Shown: positions 31,001 through 39,826 of the stretch, piece by piece
Layout: each line of letters opens with the position of its first letter
How positions within the stretch are numbered: position 1 is the first letter of the stretch
Assembly (NCBI GenBank): GCA_964479045.1
Contig: CAYZJI010000003.1
Coordinates: forward strand, 95,483-159,482
Direction: 5' to 3'
Length of the DNA stretch: 64,000 bases
Source: an uncultured Enterobacteriaceae bacterium
Lineage (GTDB): Bacteria > Pseudomonadota > Gammaproteobacteria > Eutrophobiales > Eutrophobiaceae
Translations under genes and position numbers: made by a program
Notes under the pieces: generated by a model
What the model saw: the letters and a program-made list of their open reading frames with translations, nothing else
Told to the model about the DNA's origin: nothing
Databases searched by the model: none

Positions 31001-31116
31001 TTATGGGGCCGATGGCCAGCATCATTATTGGTGGCCTGGCGTCCTCAACATTATTGAATCTGTTGATCATGCCCACCATCATGCTGCATTTCGGAAAATT
31101 CCGGCATACGTCCTGA
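28030..31116 (+). CDS. RND efflux permease (CzcA/CusA heavy-metal-efflux-like)
   Basis: 1028 aa with 12 TM and two large periplasmic loops. N-terminus MLAAIVRFSIRFRGVIF resembles CzcA. Confidence 0.9.
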   Translation: MLAAIVRFSIRFRGVIFALALLLIGYGIYEIPRAGLDIFPEFSPKLVIIQTESPGLSAEQVEILVTQQIENAIGGLINLNHVRSESIQGLSIVTVVFEENSDVYRNRQLVAERLAGINERLPETVKQPVIVPLASSSATILTIGITSEERSLMELREIADWTIVPRLLSVPGIADVNVFGGEVRQLQIQIKPEQLKRFGVSIEDVTRVAEAATGIQGSGFLENQNQRITLSVTGQPVDEQALEQVVLKRHEGVNIFLRDVADIKMAPEPPFSAAAIMGKHGVVMMVIGQYGANTLTVSRAAEAALAEFKPLFAKQGITLYPELFRPANYIQTSLHNISGHLLAGGIFVVVVLCLFLFNLKTAFISALAIPLSLISATLVLLGMGINLNVMVLGGLAIALGEVVDDAIIDTENIFRRLRQNRMLTAPRPVPEVVFDASMEVRGSVVYATFIVAVVFIPLLTLTGLAGRLFSPLGFSYILAILMSLVVALTVTPALCYLLLERGKLAEDDPPLIRMIKPLYGWLLQMIGRAPMLTVSVSLLFCLVALALVPGLGGQFLPHLREGHYIAHTSSLPGTSLQESIRMGTQLTEQFLKIPGVHSVSQWAGRAERGADTFGSHYSEFEVDLKPMSGSEQQRVLDQLRQTMREMPGILFEAHNFLSERVDETISGYQSPVVLNIYGDDLEQLDQLVQQVAGVMRKVPGATDIQLRSPPGTPLLQIRLKPEALASWGLRPVEVMEAIKVAYEGQIVGRINMGNRIYDVAVFLDETERQQPDSVAKLPLRTLDGLFITLDQVADITQTGGRYNILHRGAQRVQTVTAHVEGRDLESFMDELQDRVLGEVKFPAGTYPEFTGASLERAKAREELVLHSTLAGIAVLILIYIAIGNARNVLLMLLNLPFSLVGGVLAVVMTGGTISVGSMVGFITLFGITVRNSIMLVSHYKYLVEEEGLEWNLQTAIQGAQERLPSILMTALVTALAMLPIAFDSDNPGREIMGPMASIIIGGLASSTLLNLLIMPTIMLHFGKFRHTS

Positions 31117-31255
31117 TAATTTTGAGAGTTGGACAAGCCGGGAGAGGTTGTACAGGGCAGTTGGATCATCTTTCCCGTCGTGATGGTAAATCCGTGGCAG
31201 ATTGTCTAAAATCTAATTTCATTCCTATAGTTACGGATTAACTCAAGTTTTCTCC

Positions 31256-32518
31256 ATGAATATTCTGATCATTGATGATTCCAGGGATTTCCGCGCACTG
31301 GTGAGGTTGTATCTGTCCAAGCAGTTGAAGGACGCAAAGCTGGTGGAATATGACCTGGAAAAACTGGGAAAACCGGGCCCTGAATTCAGATGGTCTGATT
31401 ATTCCCTGTTACTTCTCGATTATAACCTCGGTGGTGGTCAGGACGGTTTTACCTGGCTGAAAGAATTTTCTTCACGTCCCGGTTTTCCACCAACCATCAT
31501 TCTCACGGCAGAGGGCGATGAATACATTGCAGTCAAAGCCATCAAGCTTGGTGCAGCGGATTATCTCAACAAGGTAGACGTCTCACCCAAACGGCTGGCG
31601 GAGGTCATCACCAGCGCTATCGAATTTACCGCTGAGAAAAAACAGGAACAGGCACAGGAAACTGCACGCGCTGAAGAACTGGTTGAAGAACTGCACAGGA
31701 AATCCACTAATACTGCCAAACGTGGGAATATTGACACCCTGTACAAATTCGTAAGGGTGATCGGACAGGGCGCATCATCCAAAGTCTATCTTGCTGAACG
31801 TCAGAGTGATCATCTTTCAATGGTGCTGAAGATACTGGAGATTAACAGCGCGACTACCGAGATTGCAGTTAAACGGTTTATTCGCGAAGCAGAACTGATT
31901 GCGGGACTGAACAGTCCCTTTGTGGTGAAGATCTATGATCATGGCATGACTGAAAACTACGGTTTCATCGCCATGGAATTTTTTTCACGTGGTGATCTGA
32001 AACAGCGCATGGAACTCCGCATCACTCCGGATGTTGCCATCAACTACATGACACACATTGCCTATGCACTGGATGCCATACATCGTATCGGGATTGTTCA
32101 TCGTGATCTGAAGCCGGCAAATATCATGTTTCGCGGTGATGACAGTCTGGCCCTTGCCGATTTTGGTATTTCCAAAAAACTGCAAACTTCCTCTGATCTC
32201 ACTACTCTTGGTCAGATTCTGGGTACCCCGCATTATATGAGTCCGGAGCAGGGCGAGGGCAAGAATATTGATCAACGTTCGGATATATACAGTGCCGGAG
32301 TTTTACTCTATGAACTGCTCACACGTGAGAAACCTTATACGGCTTCAACGCCGGCGGCATTGATCTACCAGCATGTCTATGCACCGATTCCGCAACTCGA
32401 AGGCGACTTGGCGAAGTATCAGGTACTGATTAACAAAACTTTGGCCAAACATCCGGATGATCGTTATTCGTCTGCTGCTGAATATATCGAGGCGCTTGAA
32501 TCTATTGCTAATGCGTAG
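31256..32518 (+). CDS. Response-regulator receiver domain fused to a Hanks-type Ser/Thr protein kinase
   Basis: REC: acidic pocket IIDDS, phospho-acceptor Asp in LLLLDYNLG, and Thr/Lys positions (ILTAEGD, AVKAIKLGAADYL). Kinase: HRDLKPANIM, DFGISK, GTPHYMSPE. Confidence 0.8.
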   Translation: MNILIIDDSRDFRALVRLYLSKQLKDAKLVEYDLEKLGKPGPEFRWSDYSLLLLDYNLGGGQDGFTWLKEFSSRPGFPPTIILTAEGDEYIAVKAIKLGAADYLNKVDVSPKRLAEVITSAIEFTAEKKQEQAQETARAEELVEELHRKSTNTAKRGNIDTLYKFVRVIGQGASSKVYLAERQSDHLSMVLKILEINSATTEIAVKRFIREAELIAGLNSPFVVKIYDHGMTENYGFIAMEFFSRGDLKQRMELRITPDVAINYMTHIAYALDAIHRIGIVHRDLKPANIMFRGDDSLALADFGISKKLQTSSDLTTLGQILGTPHYMSPEQGEGKNIDQRSDIYSAGVLLYELLTREKPYTASTPAALIYQHVYAPIPQLEGDLAKYQVLINKTLAKHPDDRYSSAAEYIEALESIANA

Positions 32519-32547
32519 CTTTGAACAAGACCGGTTTTTTGAGACTG

Positions 32548-33771
32548 CTACGAATTGCTGGTGCTCGCACGATCATTCAGTTTGCCCAGCCACCATTCCG
32601 CCTGGGATTTGGTATTTTTGAAATTGACGGCCTGTTGCAGTGCCTTTGAGGACTTTTCAGTTTCCTTGTTGTGAAAGGCCGCAATACCAAGCAGCAGCCA
32701 CGCTTCCGCCAGATGCCTTCCCTTGCCTTCCTTGACGGCAAGTTCAAGGGATGCAATGGCTTCAGGCCATTTTTCATCTTCAAAGTGAATCTGGCCGATT
32801 TGGTAATACAAATCCGGATCCTGTTTGCGTTGTGCCAGTTCTGTCAGCACTTCTGCAGCCCGTTCGTATTCTTTTGCCAGCAGCCAGCTGTTGGCCAGTA
32901 ACTGCAGATGTTCATCACTACGTTGAATCCGGTTTTGTGCCAGCATTTCAGACAGGAGGGTTCCGGACTTGTAAGGGACCTCCTGTACAACATAAAGCTG
33001 GGCAAACTGGATAATTTCCTTTTCATCAAGAATATTTTTCTGCAAGGCTATTTCATAAACAGCCAGCGATTTGTTGTATTGTTTTGACAGTTGGTATGAG
33101 CCTGCAAGCTGCTTCCAGTAGGTGGTATTGTCCGGATAGTGCACTATCATCTGTTCCAGTAAAGCAGCAGCATTGCTGTAATCATTGATCTGGAAATAAC
33201 CGGCCAGGAGCATTTCATACCAGCTTTGCTCCGGTTTGGAGGATTTGGCAATGGCCTGCTGTGCGTGCGGGATCATGCTGCGGTAATCCTCGAGTTGGTA
33301 ATACACGGAAGCAGCGAAGAGATGGGCCTGCGGTTCAGGATTGGCTTCCATTGCCAGCCATTCATTCAGATAGTTGAGGCTTTCCTTGTATTGGCCTTTA
33401 TTGGCAAGCAACTGGGCAAGGACAAAACTGATGTTATGGCTGACTTCAGCAGGCAGTGCATTTCCTTCCAGTGATTTGATGAAAGCATTGATAGCCTGAT
33501 CCAGACGATCCAATTCGACATAGACATACCCCAGAGTCTGTTGGGCCACGGCGCGGTCGTAGTCCGTAATGTCAGTGCCAAGTAAACCCGCAAGTCCGGT
33601 TTCTGCCTGACCGTAATCCTTTTTTTCCATCAGGCTGCGTGCTTCCGTAATTACTTCATAGGCTTTGCTGGAGAGCAGGTACTGGCTGTTTTCTTCAGCG
33701 CGCGCATGGATGTCTGTCAGCAGCAACAGACCGGCGAGCACTGCAATCAACGAAGTAAATTTAATCGTCAT
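32548..33771 (-). CDS. TPR-repeat periplasmic protein (TtpD-like partner of the TonB2-type system)
   Basis: Signal peptide and multiple TPR-like repeats. Immediately downstream of tonB in the same operon. Confidence 0.6.
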   Translation of the reverse strand: MTIKFTSLIAVLAGLLLLTDIHARAEENSQYLLSSKAYEVITEARSLMEKKDYGQAETGLAGLLGTDITDYDRAVAQQTLGYVYVELDRLDQAINAFIKSLEGNALPAEVSHNISFVLAQLLANKGQYKESLNYLNEWLAMEANPEPQAHLFAASVYYQLEDYRSMIPHAQQAIAKSSKPEQSWYEMLLAGYFQINDYSNAAALLEQMIVHYPDNTTYWKQLAGSYQLSKQYNKSLAVYEIALQKNILDEKEIIQFAQLYVVQEVPYKSGTLLSEMLAQNRIQRSDEHLQLLANSWLLAKEYERAAEVLTELAQRKQDPDLYYQIGQIHFEDEKWPEAIASLELAVKEGKGRHLAEAWLLLGIAAFHNKETEKSSKALQQAVNFKNTKSQAEWWLGKLNDRASTSNS

Positions 33772-34448
33772 CGTTTAAGACTGAATTTGATGTCCTGGCG
33801 TGCCCGTTTCTCGACCGGTTTGCCGTCTACCATTTCCGGTGCGAATTTCCAGCGCCGTATGGCCTGCATGACGGCCTGTTCGAACACTCCCGGCGGATCG
33901 GCATTCACCACTTCAATGTCCTTCACGGCACCGCTGGTATCGATGGTAAATTCGACTGTGACTGAACCTTCAATACCGGCCCGCAATGCACGCGGTGGAT
34001 ACACCGGTTCCACGCGCGTGGTCGGCATCACATTGGTGGCAATTTCCTGCAATACAGGAGCCACCGGCCCGATGGCTGAGCCTGTTGAGGACTTCATGTA
34101 ATCGCCGACATAAGGCACGCCGCCTATTGACATGGGCACGTCGATATTCGGAGTTTCCATTTTCATTTGCATCTGCTGTGGTTTGGGGACGTCCGGCTGC
34201 ACCATTTCAGGCATTGGTGGAGCTTCCTCAGGGGGTGGCAGTTCTTCCGGTTCCAGAGGTTTCTTGCGCTCAGGCGGAGTTTCTTCCGGCACGTAACGGA
34301 TGTAATCGACCCAGCGTAAATCTTCAAACTGGGGCAGGGAACCTACATCATTGGTAACCAGTTGATGGATTAATATGAAAAGAACAAGGTTGATGACGAA
34401 GGCAGCGCCAACGATCAGGGGTTGTCTCATGCGCATGCGTGATAGCAC
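33768..34448 (-). CDS. tonB: Energy transducer TonB
   Basis: N-terminal TM, Pro/Glu-rich spacer (PPERKKPLEPEELPPPEEAPP) and a C-terminal TonB domain. Confidence 0.8.
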   Translation of the reverse strand: MLSRMRMRQPLIVGAAFVINLVLFILIHQLVTNDVGSLPQFEDLRWVDYIRYVPEETPPERKKPLEPEELPPPEEAPPMPEMVQPDVPKPQQMQMKMETPNIDVPMSIGGVPYVGDYMKSSTGSAIGPVAPVLQEIATNVMPTTRVEPVYPPRALRAGIEGSVTVEFTIDTSGAVKDIEVVNADPPGVFEQAVMQAIRRWKFAPEMVDGKPVEKRARQDIKFSLKR

Positions 34449-34462
34449 GATGCACCCGCGAC

Positions 34463-34867
34463 CTATTTTTTCTCCGCGGCAATGGCGATATTGGTCACCC
34501 CTGCCAACCGGACCTGATCCAGAACTTCCACAGTTGCGCCGGTGCTGGTTTCCCTGTCAGCAAGGATGATGACGGATCCTTCCGCGCTTTGCGCCCGCAG
34601 GTGTTCAACATGAGTACGAATTTCCCTGATGTCCACATGCTGGTTATCAATCCAGATTTCGCCATTTTTGTCGATTGCAATAATCAGATTGCCTGCTTCC
34701 TGGCTTACTGCAGTCTGGGCAGTGGGACGATTGATTTCTATGCCACCTTCCTTGACAAAGGATGATGTGGCAACAAAAAACAACACCAGAAAAAACATGA
34801 TGTCGATCAACGGCACCACATTGATATGTACCGGTTCGTATTCTGTTTCTGTGTGGCTGCGACGCAT
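34463..34867 (-). CDS. exbD: Biopolymer transport protein ExbD/TolR
   Basis: INVVPLIDIMFFLLVFF helix with the conserved Asp. 134 aa. Confidence 0.85.
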   Translation of the reverse strand: MRRSHTETEYEPVHINVVPLIDIMFFLVLFFVATSSFVKEGGIEINRPTAQTAVSQEAGNLIIAIDKNGEIWIDNQHVDIREIRTHVEHLRAQSAEGSVIILADRETSTGATVEVLDQVRLAGVTNIAIAAEKK

Positions 34868-34891
34868 ATTTGATTTTGAGACAGGTTCTGG

Positions 34892-35413
34892 TTATTCCCG
34901 TTGCAGAGTTTCCGCCTGTTCCTGGGCCAGGGTGGAACGGCTCTCCAGGCCGGTGCTGAAATACAATCCGGACAATGCAGTCAGCAAACCGGCGAGTGTT
35001 GCAATTAATGCTTCCGAGATACCTGCGGCAATCCCGGAACGATTGGTTCCGCCAAACAGGGTTATCACTTCAAAGGTGTGGATGAGCCCTGACACAGTAC
35101 CGAGCAAACCCAGCAGCGGCAGTACCTGAATGATGGTGCGCAGGAACGGCAGAAAGCGGCGCGCCTGAAGGTTAAGTGAGGATACTTTATGTGCGCGCAA
35201 GCGGCGCGCTGTGCGTGAACGATACTCTTCACGCGTGCTCCAGTCTTTCTGTACCTGTTTGAACAAACGGGGAAATTCAAACAACAGGAACCAGTAACGT
35301 TCCAGTATCAGCACCCACATGATCACGGAAAGCAACAGGATATAAGGCATCACGGGGCCGCCCTGGGCAAATACCGCCTGGAGATGATTATGAATGTTTT
35401 GCAGTATTTCCAT
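34892..35413 (-). CDS. exbB: Biopolymer transport protein ExbB (short, 3 TM)
   Basis: LLGLLGTVSGL and ALIATLAGL motifs. 173 aa. Confidence 0.8.
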   Translation of the reverse strand: MEILQNIHNHLQAVFAQGGPVMPYILLLSVIMWVLILERYWFLLFEFPRLFKQVQKDWSTREEYRSRTARRLRAHKVSSLNLQARRFLPFLRTIIQVLPLLGLLGTVSGLIHTFEVITLFGGTNRSGIAAGISEALIATLAGLLTALSGLYFSTGLESRSTLAQEQAETLQRE

Positions 35414-36749
35414 GAATCATTTCCTCGCGTCTGGCGACAAGCGCAGCGACTTCTTCCTCCATGATGTGAATAATCTGGTTACACACATCATGCAACCAGC
35501 CATGCAACAGCAGGATCGGAATCGCAACCACCAGACCCAGTTCAGTCGCAATCAATGCCAGTGAGATACCGCTGGAAACCACTTTTGGGTCCCCGGCACC
35601 GAAGACGGTCATGGACTGAAAAGTCTCGATCATGCCGGCAACTGTTCCGAGCAGACCCAGCAGGGGAGCTGCGGTGGCAAACACGGCCAGCATGGACAGC
35701 CGTTTACGCAACAGCGGAATTTCCTTGAGTATCGCCTGATCGAGTTTGAGCCCCAGCGTTTCAGCATCGGCGCGCGGACTGTCACGTTCCACCTGCCGCA
35801 ACTTGCCCAGGGGATTGTCCAGACTGATCGTTTCCTGTTCCTGCTGGCGCAGTACCCGGCGACGGGTCCTGAAAAGAGTAATGAAGCGCTCTATGATGAT
35901 GATGAGAGCAATCGCACCCAGTCCGAGAATGACATATCCGATTTCTTCCGCCTGGGCAATACGTTCAATCAGGTCCGGGCTCTGTATCAGCAAACCGAGC
36001 AATACACCCCGTGTTGGATCGATGGGAAATGCAATGATGCCATCAGTGGCAGATTCAAGCTCTGCTGCCATGTTCTGATAATCTCTGGAGGGTTGTCGCC
36101 CGGGCTCAGCCAACTGGCCGGTTTCTGGAAGATAACGCAGGAACTGGCCGTTGGATATTGCATTAAATGCACCGACGCGTATGACTTCCTGCTCCACTTC
36201 CCGGCCGTCGCTGGTGATGATATTGGCAGGGAATCTGACCACCTTGCCGGATTCAACCATTTCGTCCAGTACCAGGTGCCAGAGATCTTCCAGTTCGGTG
36301 ATGGAGGGCAGGCTTTCACCCTGGGCAAGTTTGTCGACCAGATCATCGCGCCCAGGTTTTTGTGCAGAAATCAGTGAGCGGTCAACAATTGCATCAATAT
36401 CATTGGCGATTTGCCGCACTATGCTTTCCATTTCACTGAGTGCGCCCATGCGTTCATTCAAGAGGGCATCCCGGGTTGAAATTTCCCGTTCGTTGTTTTC
36501 GTAAGTTGCCTTCAGGTTATTACCACGGGCCTCTTCTGCAGCCAGTTCTGCTTTGGCCTCGGCCAGCAATTGTTGCTGTTGATCATGGGCTTCCCTGAAT
36601 TTTGCCACACGCTCGACATTTTCCTTTTTCTCCAGCAGCCGATCCTGACGAATCTGCTCCAGTAATTTATCGAGAGAAGCGGGTGCTTCAGCATTAACAT
36701 TCAACGACACGGCAGCACAGATCAGCACAAATACAATTTTTGATTTCAT
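35388..36749 (-). CDS. Long MotA/TolQ/ExbB-family protein with an N-terminal periplasmic coiled-coil (TtpC-like)
   Basis: C-terminal PLLGLLGTVAGMI and ALIATELGL motifs. Signal peptide and a coiled-coil domain of about 250 aa. Arrangement matches Vibrio TonB2 systems. Confidence 0.75.
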   Translation of the reverse strand: MKSKIVFVLICAAVSLNVNAEAPASLDKLLEQIRQDRLLEKKENVERVAKFREAHDQQQQLLAEAKAELAAEEARGNNLKATYENNEREISTRDALLNERMGALSEMESIVRQIANDIDAIVDRSLISAQKPGRDDLVDKLAQGESLPSITELEDLWHLVLDEMVESGKVVRFPANIITSDGREVEQEVIRVGAFNAISNGQFLRYLPETGQLAEPGRQPSRDYQNMAAELESATDGIIAFPIDPTRGVLLGLLIQSPDLIERIAQAEEIGYVILGLGAIALIIIIERFITLFRTRRRVLRQQEQETISLDNPLGKLRQVERDSPRADAETLGLKLDQAILKEIPLLRKRLSMLAVFATAAPLLGLLGTVAGMIETFQSMTVFGAGDPKVVSSGISLALIATELGLVVAIPILLLHGWLHDVCNQIIHIMEEEVAALVARREEMIHGNTAKHS

Positions 36750-37510
36750 TGTGCCTTCTCCACGGCGGAGACCGGTACTTTGAAAAAGTCCGGTGATGCC
36801 TGTTCGCGTGCGATCTGGATACCCTTCTTGATGGAGGGATTGTAATCACCGCCCAGATCTTTCCATGTTTTTGACGTATTGTCCCAGTAACCACTTTTCT
36901 GGCCATCGAGGGTCTGGTAAAGCAGGGCGATTCTTCCGACTTGCAGGATATCGACAGTATGATTTTCACCGTCAATCAATATGGTTGCCGTGTTGGTGCC
37001 AATCGTGCGCCCATATTCAATTTCAATCTGATAGGCTTCCATGATGCGGCGGAATTTGTCCGGTAATGTGACATCCGGACGGTCCATCATGGTTTTGATT
37101 GCATCAAGACGTGCCTGTCTTTCATCCAGCAGAAAGGGCAGGTCCAGAGCAATAAACTTTTCCAGTCCCTCGATCATGCGCAACATCAGCGGAACTATGT
37201 TGTGCTGTGTATCTTCAACCCCGTCCATCTGGCTGCTGATGGATTTCAGGGTCTCTGCCTGGGTGGCGATCAGTTTTTCCAGTTGCTGGTTGTAAATCTT
37301 CAGGCTGTCGACTTGGTCCAGCGTACTGCGATATTCCTGCAGCATGAGACTGGCGTCATCGGCATATTTGTCTATGGCTGCCTGCGCCTGACGTGATTCT
37401 TCAGTGGCTTTCACGCCTTCTTCGATCGTTTTGTCGAGGGAGTCTGCGGCCTCAAGGCCGGACATCAACAGCAACCCTGCAAGACACAAAAATGCTTTCA
37501 CTCGTTTCAT
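36746..37510 (-). CDS. Periplasmic coiled-coil protein, TtpB-like (DUF3450-type)
   Basis: Signal peptide MKRVKAFLCLAGLLLMSGLEA. First gene of the ttpBC-exbBD-tonB-type operon. The ORF-track start 37777 is rejected in favour of ATG 37510, which is followed by the signal peptide. Confidence 0.55.
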   Translation of the reverse strand: MKRVKAFLCLAGLLLMSGLEAADSLDKTIEEGVKATEESRQAQAAIDKYADDASLMLQEYRSTLDQVDSLKIYNQQLEKLIATQAETLKSISSQMDGVEDTQHNIVPLMLRMIEGLEKFIALDLPFLLDERQARLDAIKTMMDRPDVTLPDKFRRIMEAYQIEIEYGRTIGTNTATILIDGENHTVDILQVGRIALLYQTLDGQKSGYWDNTSKTWKDLGGDYNPSIKKGIQIAREQASPDFFKVPVSAVEKAQ

Positions 37511-37670
37511 AGTTGATAGGGAAATTTTCCTGGATAGTTGTGACTTGAACCCGGCCAGATGATAACTGTTCTCAATAAATATATCCAACAGTTCATTATT
37601 GTCACATAATTCTTTTTCAGGTTTCCGGACCACGGGTATTTGCAACAAATAGCAGGCATAAGAATAGTTC

Positions 37671-39092
37671 ATGAATGACGACAGACATTTGAAAAGAAAG
37701 CCGGGGATGAGTCTCCGTTTTCGCCTGAACCTGTTTATCACCTTGTTGTTTCTGATGGTACTGGTCAGCGGCAGCATTTATGTGATTCACAATGCACGTC
37801 AGGCGGTCATGGATGAAGTCCGCGCCACGGCTTATCTTACCTTGCAGTTGATCAATATTGCCCTGTCCGACACAGCAGGCAGTAGTGATTCTGAACGGCA
37901 AAACCATGTACTGGAGCAGATTGCCGATCTTGAAAGTACACGGCACCTCAGTATTGAACTCTTCCGTACCCGGGATTCCTATCGCCGGGAACAGAGGGTA
38001 GCGGCGCAGGCGCCGGAAGAGACCCCTATCAATGCCAGTGCCCCGGGTTGGTTTGTAGAACTGGTCAAACCCTCAGCCATGGAATTCCGGCAGGTGGTTG
38101 ATACGCCAGGTGATACCTTTACGGAAATCCTGATTCGCGCCAATCCTTCTGATGAAATCACGGAAGTGTGGCGGGAAACCCGGGGCGTATTGACCCTGAT
38201 GCTGGTGTTTGTGCTGCTCGCCAATCTGCTGGTTTTCATTACGATAGGCTGGGGTCTTGCGCCACTCGAGAATATCCTGAAAGGACTGGAGGAAATTGAA
38301 CATGGTGATTACCGGTTCAGATTAGCGGCTTTTGATCTTCCGGAACTGTCGCGGCTTTCAGAAAAATTCAATCTGATGGCGGAGCGCCTGCACCGCAGCC
38401 GCGAGGAAAACCGTTATCTCACCCAACGTTCACTGGCCATACAGGAAGATGAACGGCGCCGTCTGGCGCATGAACTGCATGATGAATTGGGGCAGTCCAT
38501 CACCGCCATCAAGGCTGTTGCAGTGTCGATTGAAAAACAGTCCAGTACTGAACCTGAAGCCATCAGGGACAGTGCTGAGACCATCATCGAAGTATCAAAC
38601 CGCATGTATGATGTGGCGCGCAACATGATGCGCCGGCTGCGTCCCCTGTCCATGGATGAATTCGGTCTGATTACCGCACTCCAGGACATGATCGACGACT
38701 GGAATTCACGGCATCAGGATACGTTCTGCTATTTCAGTTTTGAAGGTGAAATGACGGGACTGGATGAAGAGATCAACATCAATCTTTACCGTATTGTGCA
38801 GGAAAGTCTGACCAATGTTGTCAAGCATGCGGATGCCAGCACAGTGAAGATAAACATTACTATTGTTGCGGACATGCTGGATGGGAAAAATTCACAATCC
38901 AGACATGTTATATTGATTATCGAAGACAATGGCCGTGGATTCGACAAGCTGCAACCGCGCCACGGCCTTGGGTTATTGGGTATGCGTGAACGGGTCGAGT
39001 CTTTGGGTGGTACTTTCACATTGAATTCCCGGCCCGGACACGGTGTCAAAATTGAAATACGAGTACCTTTGCAGGCTGAACAGAATCAATGA
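37671..39092 (+). CDS. Sensor histidine kinase, NarX/UhpB-like (HisKA_3)
   Basis: LAHELHDELGQSITAIK H-box, HATPase IEDNGRGF, two TM helices and a periplasmic sensor domain. Confidence 0.8.
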   Translation: MNDDRHLKRKPGMSLRFRLNLFITLLFLMVLVSGSIYVIHNARQAVMDEVRATAYLTLQLINIALSDTAGSSDSERQNHVLEQIADLESTRHLSIELFRTRDSYRREQRVAAQAPEETPINASAPGWFVELVKPSAMEFRQVVDTPGDTFTEILIRANPSDEITEVWRETRGVLTLMLVFVLLANLLVFITIGWGLAPLENILKGLEEIEHGDYRFRLAAFDLPELSRLSEKFNLMAERLHRSREENRYLTQRSLAIQEDERRRLAHELHDELGQSITAIKAVAVSIEKQSSTEPEAIRDSAETIIEVSNRMYDVARNMMRRLRPLSMDEFGLITALQDMIDDWNSRHQDTFCYFSFEGEMTGLDEEININLYRIVQESLTNVVKHADASTVKINITIVADMLDGKNSQSRHVILIIEDNGRGFDKLQPRHGLGLLGMRERVESLGGTFTLNSRPGHGVKIEIRVPLQAEQNQ

Positions 39093-39739
39093 CAGGTGAA
39101 AAACGCAAAATCAGGGTATTACTGGCGGATGATCATGCAGTAGTCCGCGCCGGTTACCGCATGTTGTTGCGTAATTCCGAAGATATCGAAGTCGTCGCAG
39201 AAGCAGATTCCGGCGAACGTGCCTGCAAGGCCTTTGCAGAATTACAGCCCGATGTCGTGGTCATGGATATCTCCATGCCGGGCATCGGCGGCCTCGAAGC
39301 AATACGCCGGATTGTTGCACGGGACGCCACTGCCAGAATTCTTGTGTTCAGCATGCATGACGATACAGTATTCGTGGAACAGGCCCTGCAGGCAGGTGCA
39401 CAGGGTTATCTGACCAAGAGCAGTGCGCCGGAAATCCTTGTGGAAGCGATCAAGGAACTGGCCAGTGGCAAGTCCCATATCGATTCAGAAATCGTACAGA
39501 AGCTGGCCTTTCAGAAAGCCCGCGGCAAGGACTCTCCATTTTCCAGTCTCTCGACCCGGGAGTTTGAAATTTTCTGTCTGTTGGCAGAAGGACTGAATAC
39601 CAGCGAAATCGCCAAACGTCTGTCACTCAGTTACAAAACCGTGGCCAACTACAGCACTCAGATCAAAACCAAACTGGATGTGACCACCGTCGCCGAGATT
39701 GCCCGCCTCGCGATCAGAAATAACATTATCAATGCGTGA
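39089..39739 (+). CDS. NarL/FixJ-family response regulator (REC + LuxR HTH)
   Basis: VLLADDH receiver, VVVMDISMPG, and a C-terminal LuxR-type HTH. Overlaps the kinase stop. Confidence 0.9.
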   Translation: MTGEKRKIRVLLADDHAVVRAGYRMLLRNSEDIEVVAEADSGERACKAFAELQPDVVVMDISMPGIGGLEAIRRIVARDATARILVFSMHDDTVFVEQALQAGAQGYLTKSSAPEILVEAIKELASGKSHIDSEIVQKLAFQKARGKDSPFSSLSTREFEIFCLLAEGLNTSEIAKRLSLSYKTVANYSTQIKTKLDVTTVAEIARLAIRNNIINA

Positions 39740-39756
39740 AACGGGATTCGTGAAGC

Positions 39757-39826
39757 GTGAAGCGTTGTAACGAAAAACGCTTCACCAGATACGCTTCACG
39801 AGACGATTAGCCTGTCGGCTAATCGT
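39757..39826. terminator. Two consecutive perfect hairpins between convergent genes (candidate bidirectional terminators)
   Basis: GTGAAGCGTT-GTAACGAAA-AACGCTTCAC and ACGATTAGCC-TGTC-GGCTAATCGT followed by TTTAC. The second hairpin overlaps the stop of the minus-strand YVTN gene. Confidence 0.4.

Noticed and set aside
35388-35413. 26-bp overlap between the ttpC-like gene's 3' end and the exbB start, considered as an annotation error or frameshift
   Set aside because: Both frames are intact and the homology is continuous. Short overlaps are common in Ton operons, and an alternative internal Met in exbB would also remove the overlap.
37511-37670. Fur box in the tonB2-type operon promoter
   Set aside because: GATAACTGTTCTCAATAAAT matches the 19-bp Fur consensus only weakly. 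Not reported as a feature.
36746-37777. N-terminally extended ORF-track versions of several genes (ttpB-like 37777, SBP-like 41858, pqqE 53501, moaC 60226, moeA 63566, adaptor 26739, dnaE 7024, DUF559 51742)
   Set aside because: The extensions lack homology, precede obvious signal peptides or conserved N-termini, overlap upstream genes or repeats, and in-frame internal ATGs with RBS-like sequences fit homologue lengths.
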